This document shows positions 48,361 to 57,157 of a stretch of DNA of 64,000 nucleotides, piece by piece. Both the position numbers and the translations under genes were made by a program. The notes beneath the pieces were generated by a model that was given only the letters and a program-made list of their open reading frames with translations, ran no database searches and had not been told where the DNA came from. The stretch's first letter is position 1. Every line of letters starts with the position of its first letter. Source of the DNA: Patescibacteria group bacterium. GTDB taxonomy: Bacteria > Patescibacteriota > Patescibacteriia > SG8-24 > DYFX01. The stretch is taken from contig JBAZZB010000002.1 of the NCBI GenBank assembly GCA_041659045.1, forward strand, positions 21,427 to 85,426, written 5' to 3'.

Positions 48361-51300
48361 TTAGAGCGCGGTCAGGTCAACCGTGAACTCGCAGCCGGCG
48401 GGGTTCGAAAGTTCAACCCTCCAGCCGCTGTTGAAGTCCGTATCGGTCGAGCGCATCTCGACCAAGCGCGTCGTGTAACCGGCGCCGCCCTGGATTCGAA
48501 GGTTTCCGGCCCTGATGGAACCGTCGGCCTGAATCGTCGGTTGGGTCGGGACCTGCACCTGGAAGACAGCAGTGACGCCGGAGGCAACCTGGCAGGTGTC
48601 ATGCACGCGGAGCGTGTTGCCCTGGAAGCGCAGATCGCGCAGCCACGACTGAACCGCATCCGAGTTGCGCGAGTACGCCGGTGTCAGGTTCGCCTGAGCC
48701 GTCACGACATCGCCGGACTTCGCGTACGTCATTGAAGAGACGGATTCGTTCTGTTCGATGATCGAGCCGTTGCGGCTGAAGCGGACGACGTTATGTGCAC
48801 CGACCGAGAGCTGCAAGCCGCTGTGCGACCACATGTTGTTCGTCGCCGCGAGCCAACCATTGCGATAGAAGGTGAAGGCACCCTGATCGTGGTGGGCGTG
48901 CGATTCGTCATACGGACCAGCAACGAACGAGAGCCATGACGCGTTGGTGTTCCAAGAGCTGCGAGCGAAGAAGTGGCCGACGCCCGTGGCGTGGTATTCA
49001 AGCGCGGTCGGAGCCGTGGCAGCATCGGAAGTCGTCAGCAGCGACGGGCGCAGGTTAAAGCCCGTGAGCGACGTGACCGAGTTGTTGTTCAGCCACCACG
49101 TACCGCGGCGAGCCTGTTCGGTGCCTGTCACGAGAGAGACGGCTTCGCGAACGAGGTTCTCGTGGTAGTCGTAGAGTTCCGGCTGAGAAACGCGGGACTG
49201 GTCGCCGATCGGAGCGAAGCGATCCATCATCGGGACGGTCGCGTGGATCCAATAGTCGATCGTGTCTTTGGCGTGCGTGGAGAACCTCGAAAGGTCTTCA
49301 CCTGTCGACGCCTTCCACATGCGGTAGTCCTCGAAGAGGTTCTTCTGCGCGGTGCCGTAACCAGTACCTTCGCGTGAACCACCACCGTTGATGCGAGCGA
49401 AGTAGTCCACGAGCGGCGGATACTTGTTCTGCTGGAGGAAGCTCATCCACGTCGTGTTCTGCGAAGCGAGTGCCCAGAGCTGGGTCGCTTTCAAGAAGCT
49501 GAAGTGGTAGTTGTTACCCGGGTTATCAATCGACCAGCCGCTCCAAGGAGCGGAGCGCGTGCCCCAACGAGCGTTCGCGGGGTCCCAGACGTTGGCAATT
49601 GTACGATCAGCGAAGGCGGCCCAGCGTGTGCGCTGCGAGGCCGTGAGTCGGTCATATCCATGGTCGTACGTGAGTGCGACCTGTTCCATGACCCAACCCA
49701 CTTCAAGATACGAGTCGCCTGCAACCTCTGGGTTGCGACCTGCGGCGATATCCGCTTCCGCTTCAGCAACCAAGGCATCAACCCTGGCGATCGCGTGCGT
49801 GATATAGGAAGCTTGGTTCGTAAGAGCGTACATCACGACAGCGTCGCTCGGGGTATAGCCGTAGCCCGGGGAACCAGCGACTGCGGAGTCCACCCAGCTC
49901 CTAAAGCTGGCGTAGGTCGGCGCGGTTTGCTTGTAGTCTCGGAGTGAGATGAACGGACGGCTCGATGGGAAGCTATAGGTGTAGCCGGGGTAGATCGTAC
50001 TTGTTGGCGGCGGCGAGCACGTCTGTGTGGTGGCCGGGCTCGGGGTCGTAGCCGTCGAGCAATTGGTCGTCATCGTGCAGGTGCGCGTCTGGCTGCCGCT
50101 CGCGGAACAAGCGTTCCAAGCGGTACACGTCCAGGTATCGGCGGTACAAGCAGGCGGCGTTGTGGTAGTCGGAGTGCAGGACTGCGTCGTGGCCGGGCTC
50201 GGAGTCGTGACGCCGGTGCAATCCGTCGTCATGCTGCAAGAGCGCGTCTGGCCGCCACTTGCGGAACAGGCGTTCCAATCCGTGCAGGACCACGTATCGG
50301 CCGTGCAAGAAGGCGAAGTTGAAGGAGCCGTGCAAGACTGGGTCGTCGCCGGGCTCGGCGTCGTGACGCCGGCGCAGTCAGCGGTCATAAGGCAGCTGCG
50401 AGCCTGGTTTCCGCTGGTCGAGCACATGACCCAATCCGTGCAGGACCACGTATCGGCCGTGCAAGAGGTCGCTCCGCCACCTGTCGAGCTGCTGCCGGGC
50501 ACCACAACATACAGGTGCGCGTCATCAACCGTAGCGGTAATCGTTCCGCCGTCATCCAGTTTGAACTGGAAGAAGACGCGTTCAAGCTGCTGGTTATTGG
50601 TGTTGAGGTTCAAGTAGACATCGACGACCTGCGTGCTCACCGGATAGTCCTGGCAGGTCGAAATTGGATCGCTGGACGAAGACAGGTAGGCAAGCGAGCA
50701 GACCTGCAAGCGGAGACCCGCAGTGGACGCACTGTCGACGCGCACTTTCGCCTTGACCGACACGGAGCTACCAAGAGGGCCACCGTTATACGGATAGTTG
50801 TGAGCGAAGGCAACGCGACCATACGAGTTCACCGTCACACGAAGGCTGTTCGTGCCCTGGAGCGTGCTCGCGGTCGTGCGAGCGACCATGCCGTCGGCGG
50901 ATTCGTTCGGTTCGAAGCCGGCGACCGACGTTTCGAATCCGTTGTCAGTAATAAGGTCAACGAGCTGGTAACCGGAAGGTACCGTCGGCATCGTGCCGGT
51001 GCTCGGTGTCGGTGCAGGCGTCGTGGCCGGCGGAGTGCAGGTTTGCGTGGTCACCGGGCTCGGAGTCACAGTGCTTGCGCACGCATTCGTGATGATGCAA
51101 ATGCGCTGCTGGGTGCCACTCGCGGAACACGTATTCCAACCCGTGCAAGACCAAATGTCGGCCGTGCAGCTCGGAGTTGTTGGCGTCATGGTCGTTGGGG
51201 TGCAGGACTGTGTCGTGGCCGGGCTTGGAGTCGTAACACCAGCGCAGTCAGCGGTCATGGTGCAGACGCGCGTCTGGCTGCCACTCGTCGAACACGAGTT

Positions 51301-51972
51301 CCAATCGGTGCAAGACCACGTATCGGCCGTGCAGCTCGGGGTCGGTACTGGTGTCGGAGTGGGCGTCGGGGTCGGAGCCGGAGTTTCGCCTGTCGGAGGC
51401 GTCGGCAAAGGTGTCGTCGTGGCAACATCACCAAGACCCTTATCAGCGTTAATCGTGGTGGCCGAAGCGAGTTCGGCGTTGCGATCGTAGTCCGCGGCGG
51501 AAGCGATCGGCGAGCCGATCGTGTAGTTTACGAAGAAAGCGTCCGGGATATCATCAACGAGTGACGCCCAGCCCGCTCCAAAAAGCGTAGCGGCGACAGC
51601 CTCGGAGGCCACGTGACGCAAAACGCCTCCGCGGGAAATCGCGTAGACCTTAGGGTCCGTGTCGATTTTGATCATGCGGAAACCTGGGCGATACGTGACG
51701 TTGCCGCCAATGCGGCTCGCGGCCAGTTCAGCGGCGGTAACCGTCTGAACGCTGGAGAAGTCGACGTACCATGTGCGAAACACCCGTTCGTTCGGGAAGA
51801 CGTAACGCCGGCCGTTTGAACCGAAGTAGTAGACGGCGGGATTATCGGCGCGCTTGATGAGAGCACCCGGCGTCGGTGCGGCTTTTGCCGTAAGAGGCAT
51901 GCCGACGAACGACGTCGCGAGCGTAAGGAGGAGGATCAAGGCACGGAACGCGTTCGTCTTCTTCATAGGCAT
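48361..51972 (-). CDS. large surface protein: lineage-type domain, 5 TSP1-like repeats, CBM-like module, heparinase II/III-like head
   Basis: Signal peptide; RRYVFPNERVFRTWYVDFS; CTADTWSCTDW..C...QTR.C x5; NNYH, GGSREGTGYG, FFARSSW, SHAHHDQGAF, HNVV. Confidence 0.85.
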   Translation of the reverse strand: MPMKKTNAFRALILLLTLATSFVGMPLTAKAAPTPGALIKRADNPAVYYFGSNGRRYVFPNERVFRTWYVDFSSVQTVTAAELAASRIGGNVTYRPGFRMIKIDTDPKVYAISRGGVLRHVASEAVAATLFGAGWASLVDDIPDAFFVNYTIGSPIASAADYDRNAELASATTINADKGLGDVATTTPLPTPPTGETPAPTPTPTPTPVPTPSCTADTWSCTDWNSCSTSGSQTRVCTMTADCAGVTTPSPATTQSCTPTTMTPTTPSCTADIWSCTGWNTCSASGTQQRICIITNACASTVTPSPVTTQTCTPPATTPAPTPSTGTMPTVPSGYQLVDLITDNGFETSVAGFEPNESADGMVARTTASTLQGTNSLRVTVNSYGRVAFAHNYPYNGGPLGSSVSVKAKVRVDSASTAGLRLQVCSLAYLSSSSDPISTCQDYPVSTQVVDVYLNLNTNNQQLERVFFQFKLDDGGTITATVDDAHLYVVVPGSSSTGGGATSCTADTWSCTDWVMCSTSGNQARSCLMTADCAGVTTPSPATTQSCTAPSTSPSCTADTWSCTDWNACSASGGQTRSCSMTTDCTGVTTPSPATTQSCTPTTTTPPACTADTWTCTAWNACSASGSQTRTCTMTTNCSTATTPSPATTQTCSPPPTSTIYPGYTYSFPSSRPFISLRDYKQTAPTYASFRSWVDSAVAGSPGYGYTPSDAVVMYALTNQASYITHAIARVDALVAEAEADIAAGRNPEVAGDSYLEVGWVMEQVALTYDHGYDRLTASQRTRWAAFADRTIANVWDPANARWGTRSAPWSGWSIDNPGNNYHFSFLKATQLWALASQNTTWMSFLQQNKYPPLVDYFARINGGGSREGTGYGTAQKNLFEDYRMWKASTGEDLSRFSTHAKDTIDYWIHATVPMMDRFAPIGDQSRVSQPELYDYHENLVREAVSLVTGTEQARRGTWWLNNNSVTSLTGFNLRPSLLTTSDAATAPTALEYHATGVGHFFARSSWNTNASWLSFVAGPYDESHAHHDQGAFTFYRNGWLAATNNMWSHSGLQLSVGAHNVVRFSRNGSIIEQNESVSSMTYAKSGDVVTAQANLTPAYSRNSDAVQSWLRDLRFQGNTLRVHDTCQVASGVTAVFQVQVPTQPTIQADGSIRAGNLRIQGGAGYTTRLVEMRSTDTDFNSGWRVELSNPAGCEFTVDLTAL

Positions 51973-52192
51973 TTGGGTTTAAGAACTATATTGTATCAAA
52001 AAAACGTCAAGAGTTCAAGTCCACTTTTCCTCTTGTAGATGATTGAGCTGTTAAAGAAGTTGCCCACAGTCCCCACTTACCTGAAATTATGCTAGGATAA
52101 AAGTAATTGCTCACCTGCATGAGCGATGCCTGGTCGCTGTAATGACGCAGAACAACTAAGTTCTCGTCCATTACTGCGTCTAATAGACTGGC

Positions 52193-53998
52193 ATGAAAAA
52201 ATATGTGCGCGCGTCGAGCGGCTTTGCGGCTCTTTTTTTAGCTTTAATTCTTGCTCTACCGTTTAGTGCCAAGGCGGCAACGACGCCATCACTTGGTGCG
52301 GCGGCAGAGTATGCCATCTTGGCTAGCACCTACACCAACACGGTGGGTGGCACTACGGTCACTGGTAGTATCGGCTTCACAACACCTCCGGGTGTTGTCC
52401 CAGGTGGCGTCCACGCGAACTACGGTTCCGGCGCCCCGTATTCTACGGCCGGCACTGATCAAGGTACGGCACTTAGCGCTCTTGCGGCACAGGCCTGTAC
52501 ATTCACGTTCGCCCCAGGCGCAATTAACCTCTCAACCGACATCACGCACGGCCCGGTCGGTGTCTATACGCCTGGTGTCTATTGCAGCTCTGGAGCTATG
52601 AACGTCGGCGGTCCCCTGACCTTAAACGGCAGCGGCACCTACATCTTTAGAGCGGTCGGAGCGCTCACCTCGACGGCCGGCGCTGTCGTCACACTCTCTG
52701 GCGCTTCTGCTTGCGACGTCTTCTGGACGCCGACGCAAGCCACGACCTTGGCCGCCAACACGACATTTGCCGGTACCGTCATCGATAACGCAGGAGTGAC
52801 CGTGGGTGCCAACACCACATGGTCCGGTCGCGCTCTCGCCTTCGGAGGCACGGTTTCGACCGATACCGACACCATCAGCGTACCGACCTGCACGACGACG
52901 ACAACCACGACGTCGAGCAGCCCAAACCGCGGATCCATCGCTGTCATCAAGCGGGTTATCAACGATAACGGCGGTACCAGCACGATTGCGAACTTCCCCT
53001 TGTATGTGAACGGAACGCCGGTCGCTTCCGGTGTGAGCAATGATTTTTCGGCTCCGGCGGGCGTCTATACGGTAACGGAGAGAACGGATGAGCGTTATAC
53101 GCAAATCTTTTCCGGCGATTGCGACGCAAGCGGGCGTTTGAACCTGAACCCAGGCGATGTCCGTATCTGTATCGTCACGAACGACGACATTGGAGCGCCT
53201 GTGGCTGTTCCGCCCGTGCCGCCGCTGATCGATGTCGTGAAGGTTCCGAGTCCCCTCTCGTTGCCGAACGGCCCTGGTTTGGTGGAATACACCTACACCC
53301 TTCGCAACATCGGAACCGTTCCGGTCACGGACGTCACAATGGTCGGTGACACGTGCGTGCCGATCGTTCTCATGTCCGGCGACACGGATGCCGACTCTCG
53401 CCTTGATACGTCTGAAACGTGGGTCTATCGCTGCACGACACAGCTCAACGAAACGCATACGAATACCGTTGTCGCCACGGGTTGGGCAAACGGCATTAGC
53501 GCCGTTGATATCGCAAGCGCCTCGGTCGTCGTCGGCTTGCCGATCGTGCCGCCGCTGATTCACGTGACGAAGATTCCGAGCCCGCTCACGCTCGCCGCTG
53601 GAGGCGGAGTGGTCACCTACACCAAGAAAGTCACGAACCCAGGCATCGTAGCGCTGAGCAACGTCTACCTCACGGATGATATGTGCAGCTCTGTCGTGTA
53701 TGTGTCCGGCGATGCCAACAGCGATACGAAACTCGATACGTCGGAAACGTGGACCTATACCTGCCAAACAACGTTATTGAAAACTACGACGAATACCGTC
53801 ACGGCCAGCGGTGAAGCAAATGGTTTGACCGCAAGAGATTTCGCGGTCGCGACCGTTGTTGTCGCGGCTCTCGTGCCGAAACTGCCAAACACCGGATTCG
53901 CAAGCGCAAACATGGTCTTTGCCTGGAGCGCCTTCGCGGCAGCTCTGGTCATCAGCGCGGCACTCTGGGCAGTCCGTCGCAAAAGCCAGGTTCAATAA
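52193..53998 (+). CDS. ice-binding-like (DUF3494) protein with Ig-like modules and LPNTG sorting signal
   Basis: LGAAAEYAILA, TPGVY, YIF...ALT, ASACDVFW, F.GTVI, GRALA; LPNTG + TM + RRK tail. Confidence 0.85.
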   Translation: MKKYVRASSGFAALFLALILALPFSAKAATTPSLGAAAEYAILASTYTNTVGGTTVTGSIGFTTPPGVVPGGVHANYGSGAPYSTAGTDQGTALSALAAQACTFTFAPGAINLSTDITHGPVGVYTPGVYCSSGAMNVGGPLTLNGSGTYIFRAVGALTSTAGAVVTLSGASACDVFWTPTQATTLAANTTFAGTVIDNAGVTVGANTTWSGRALAFGGTVSTDTDTISVPTCTTTTTTTSSSPNRGSIAVIKRVINDNGGTSTIANFPLYVNGTPVASGVSNDFSAPAGVYTVTERTDERYTQIFSGDCDASGRLNLNPGDVRICIVTNDDIGAPVAVPPVPPLIDVVKVPSPLSLPNGPGLVEYTYTLRNIGTVPVTDVTMVGDTCVPIVLMSGDTDADSRLDTSETWVYRCTTQLNETHTNTVVATGWANGISAVDIASASVVVGLPIVPPLIHVTKIPSPLTLAAGGGVVTYTKKVTNPGIVALSNVYLTDDMCSSVVYVSGDANSDTKLDTSETWTYTCQTTLLKTTTNTVTASGEANGLTARDFAVATVVVAALVPKLPNTGFASANMVFAWSAFAAALVISAALWAVRRKSQVQ

Positions 53999-54089
53999 AC
54001 AGGAAACTCATTGCCGCGCTCATATTTTTGAGCGCGGCACCTGTTTTTTGTGGAAGATGAACATTTCTGAGAGCTGACTTGCAGAATCA

Positions 54090-54722
54090 ATGTCCCAAGT
54101 GCCACGCGAATTGAAAATCCGAGAGGAGCTAAGAACGTTTGCTGTTGTCTTGGCGGCAGGCAGCTTCTTGTTCGCGTACAACCTCTTGACGCGCGGAAGC
54201 GTCGTGCTTCCGGCGCGCGCAAGCGAGGCGGTCCAGACAGCAAACGTGTTGGCTGCCGCTGCGCCCACAAAGTACGTCGAGCAGCCGGCTCGTATCAGGA
54301 TCCCGCACATCGCGGTGAATGCGGCCATCGAACACGTCGCGCTCGCCAAAGACGGTTCTATGGACATACCGAAGCGTCCGATGAACGCCGCCTGGTACGA
54401 ACTTGGGCCGCGTCCCGGCGAGATCGGAAGCGCCGTACTCGCGGGCCACATCAATTGGTACAACGGCGCGCGAGGCGTCTTCAGGAATCTCCACAAGTTG
54501 AAACCTGGTCACACGATCCAAATCCAGGACACGAACGGAGTCGTTATGGTGTTTGTCATCAAAAACATCCAAGTCCTTCCCGCCGAGACGGATGCGACCA
54601 ACGTTTTTCATTCGGAAGACGGCAAAGCGCATCTGAATATCGTTACGTGCGGCGGCGTCTGGGACAAGCGAACGAAGCGGTATACGAAACGTCTTGTCGT
54701 GTTCGCAGATAAACAAGAATAA
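54090..54722 (+). CDS. class F sortase
   Basis: PARIRIP, AAWY..GPRPGE.GSAVLAGH, F.NLHKLKPG, LNIVTCGG.W....RY.KRLVV. Confidence 0.9.
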   Translation: MSQVPRELKIREELRTFAVVLAAGSFLFAYNLLTRGSVVLPARASEAVQTANVLAAAAPTKYVEQPARIRIPHIAVNAAIEHVALAKDGSMDIPKRPMNAAWYELGPRPGEIGSAVLAGHINWYNGARGVFRNLHKLKPGHTIQIQDTNGVVMVFVIKNIQVLPAETDATNVFHSEDGKAHLNIVTCGGVWDKRTKRYTKRLVVFADKQE

Positions 54723-54742
54723 CTCACGCGCACCGTCCGACT

Positions 54743-57118
54743 ATGCAAACGACTATGATACCTCGCACCAGAATCCGTGCGGTGCTGATTGGAGTCTCCG
54801 CCTTTTTCGGCCTGTTCTGTCTCGCATCGGCGACAAAAGCTGAGTCCCTGGTCCTCAACGCCGCCGCTGACTCGTACGTCCAAAGCGGGTCGCCAAACGC
54901 GAACAATGGCACCCAAAACATCATGGACCTGACCGACAATAAGCACGGTGTCATTCGTTTTGATCTCAGCGCGATTCCACCTGGGTCGACGATCACGTCG
55001 GCAATCTTGACGCTCCGAGCGACAGCCGTCGGCAATTCCGGATCGATTAAAAACTTCGGAATGCACCGAATCCTATCGGACTGGGTCGAAAACACCGTGA
55101 CATGGAACCTCCCGGGAAGCGCTGCGGGCACGCACTACGCGTCTGCGCCGATCCAGACGATCGCGGTCACAAACATCGGCCTTTATACCTGGAACGTTAC
55201 TTCCGACGTCGTGAGTTTTTCGAGCGGCTCTGAGGCGAATCGCGGCTGGCGCATTATCTGGTCGTCGAACACGAGCGGCGCAAGCAAGCAAGTCGACTTC
55301 GGATCGAAGGAAAATACCACGTCTACGAATCGTCCCAGTCTGACCGTCACCTATACACCGCCCGTTTCCGGATTGCAGCGCCAAGGAACGATCACCGTCT
55401 TGAAAGTCGTCATCAACGACAATGGCGGCCTAAAGGTTCCGGAGGATTTTCCAATTTTTGTCAATACGGAGCCGGTGACTTCCGGTATTTCGCATACCTT
55501 CCCCGCTCCGGCCGGTGTCTATGAAGTCAGTGAGCTCGGCGATCCAAACTATGTACGGTCGTTTTCGGGCGATTGCGATGCGGCCGGTCGATTAAACCTC
55601 AATCCCGGCGACGTGCGGTTTTGTATCATCAAGAACGACGATATCGGCCCACCCGTGCTGACCCCACCCCCCATCCCGCCACTGATCGGTGCCCTGCTGA
55701 CCGCGAATCCATTGGCGCTGCCGGACGGTCCCGGACGGGTTTCCTACGCGTACACGTTAAAGAATATCGGCTCAACCCCGATCACGGGAGTAACGATCGT
55801 CAGCGATACTTGTACGCCGACATTCTTGGGTTCGGGTGACACGAACAAAGACGCCAAACTTGATACAACGGAAACATGGGTCTATCAATGCGAAACGCAG
55901 ATTGAAGAAACGCGCACGAATACGACCATCACGACAGGGTGGGCCAACGGTCTGGTGACGGCCGATATTGAAGCATTGACGACCCTGGTCGGAACCTCGC
56001 TCGTAGCACCTATCATTCACGTGACGAAGGTTCCGAGTCCACTCGCCCTGAGCGCTGCCGGCGGCATCGTGACCTACACGCAGCAAATCACGAATCCCGG
56101 CACAGTCGCGCTCAGCAATGTACGCATCTCGGACGACGTTTGCGCGCCACTGCAGTACATTTCCGGCGACTCCAACGACGACGGTTTGCTCAACACGACC
56201 GAAACTTGGACGTACATCTGCCGGAAGGTGCTGACCAAGACCACGACCAACACCGTCGTCGTGAGCGGAGAAGCGAACGGTATGGTGGCAAGAGATTTTG
56301 CGCTGGCCACCGTTGTCCTGTCGGACGTGATGGATACGCACTACTACGGCGCCACAGAGGCAACAGCATCCGCGATGAGCATCAGCGCCAACAACGGTAT
56401 GCTGCTACCCCCTCTTGGCCAACCCGCATTATGTGCTGACGGCAGTCTCATGACATTGCCAGATGACGGCAATGCTTCCACACAGTCCGACTCCGCGCTC
56501 TATGTGTGTGGCATGGACGGAAAACGTTACGTCTTTCCGGATGTGGGAACGTATTACAGCTGGTACAAGGACTTTCAAGGCGTGAGCGTCGTCTCCGCAG
56601 AGTTTCTAGCGACTCTCCCGCTTGCCGGAAACGTCACCTACCGTCCAGGCCAGCGTTTATTGAAGATCGAGTCGGATCCAAAAACCTATGCTGTCGCGCA
56701 AGGTGGCGTGCTGCGCTGGGTCGTCGACGAATCGACGGCACAAGCCCTTTACGGAGCGCAGTGGAATACGTTCGTCTCAGACATTCCTGTTTCACTCTTC
56801 AGCGACTACCGCATCGGCGATCCTATTACGACGCAGGACGTGCTTCCGGATTCGATTCCTCCGCGCTCGGTTTGCATCGCGACTGCTGATTTTACCAAGT
56901 ATCTTTCGTTCGAAAGTGTGGACGCTGAGGTACGACCACTTCAGGAGCTGCTGCAGTGCCTTGGATACTTCCGAGCCGATGTGGCGCCAAACGGCTACTT
57001 CGGAGTTCAAACCAAGGTTGCCGTGGAGAAATTCCAAACCGCGCGCGGTATCGCGTCTGTCGGCTACGTTGGGCCAGCCACGCGTGCGGCTCTGAATACC
57101 TACGTCGAAGGTCGATAA
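54743..57118 (+). CDS. surface protein: DNRLRE/CBM96-like domain, Ig-like modules, lineage-type domain, peptidoglycan-binding domain
   Basis: ADSYV..PNAN.G, RFDLSAIP...SAILTL, W.E..VTWN, SKE...RPSLTVTY; KRYVFPD; LQELL..LGY..GYFG.QT..AV.KFQ..GYVGPATRAALN. Confidence 0.85.
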   Translation: MQTTMIPRTRIRAVLIGVSAFFGLFCLASATKAESLVLNAAADSYVQSGSPNANNGTQNIMDLTDNKHGVIRFDLSAIPPGSTITSAILTLRATAVGNSGSIKNFGMHRILSDWVENTVTWNLPGSAAGTHYASAPIQTIAVTNIGLYTWNVTSDVVSFSSGSEANRGWRIIWSSNTSGASKQVDFGSKENTTSTNRPSLTVTYTPPVSGLQRQGTITVLKVVINDNGGLKVPEDFPIFVNTEPVTSGISHTFPAPAGVYEVSELGDPNYVRSFSGDCDAAGRLNLNPGDVRFCIIKNDDIGPPVLTPPPIPPLIGALLTANPLALPDGPGRVSYAYTLKNIGSTPITGVTIVSDTCTPTFLGSGDTNKDAKLDTTETWVYQCETQIEETRTNTTITTGWANGLVTADIEALTTLVGTSLVAPIIHVTKVPSPLALSAAGGIVTYTQQITNPGTVALSNVRISDDVCAPLQYISGDSNDDGLLNTTETWTYICRKVLTKTTTNTVVVSGEANGMVARDFALATVVLSDVMDTHYYGATEATASAMSISANNGMLLPPLGQPALCADGSLMTLPDDGNASTQSDSALYVCGMDGKRYVFPDVGTYYSWYKDFQGVSVVSAEFLATLPLAGNVTYRPGQRLLKIESDPKTYAVAQGGVLRWVVDESTAQALYGAQWNTFVSDIPVSLFSDYRIGDPITTQDVLPDSIPPRSVCIATADFTKYLSFESVDAEVRPLQELLQCLGYFRADVAPNGYFGVQTKVAVEKFQTARGIASVGYVGPATRAALNTYVEGR

Positions 57119-57151
57119 GAAAAACACCCCGCATGCGCGGGGTGTTTTTTT
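57119..57151. terminator. bidirectional terminator
   Basis: AAAAACACCCCGC-atgc-GCGGGGTGTTTTT. Confidence 0.75.
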
Positions 57152-57157
57152 GTCCGA

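Noticed and set aside
50030-51330. Cys/Trp repeats as DGR template/variable repeats
   Set aside because: In-frame protein repeats with differences not confined to adenines, and no reverse transcriptase in the window
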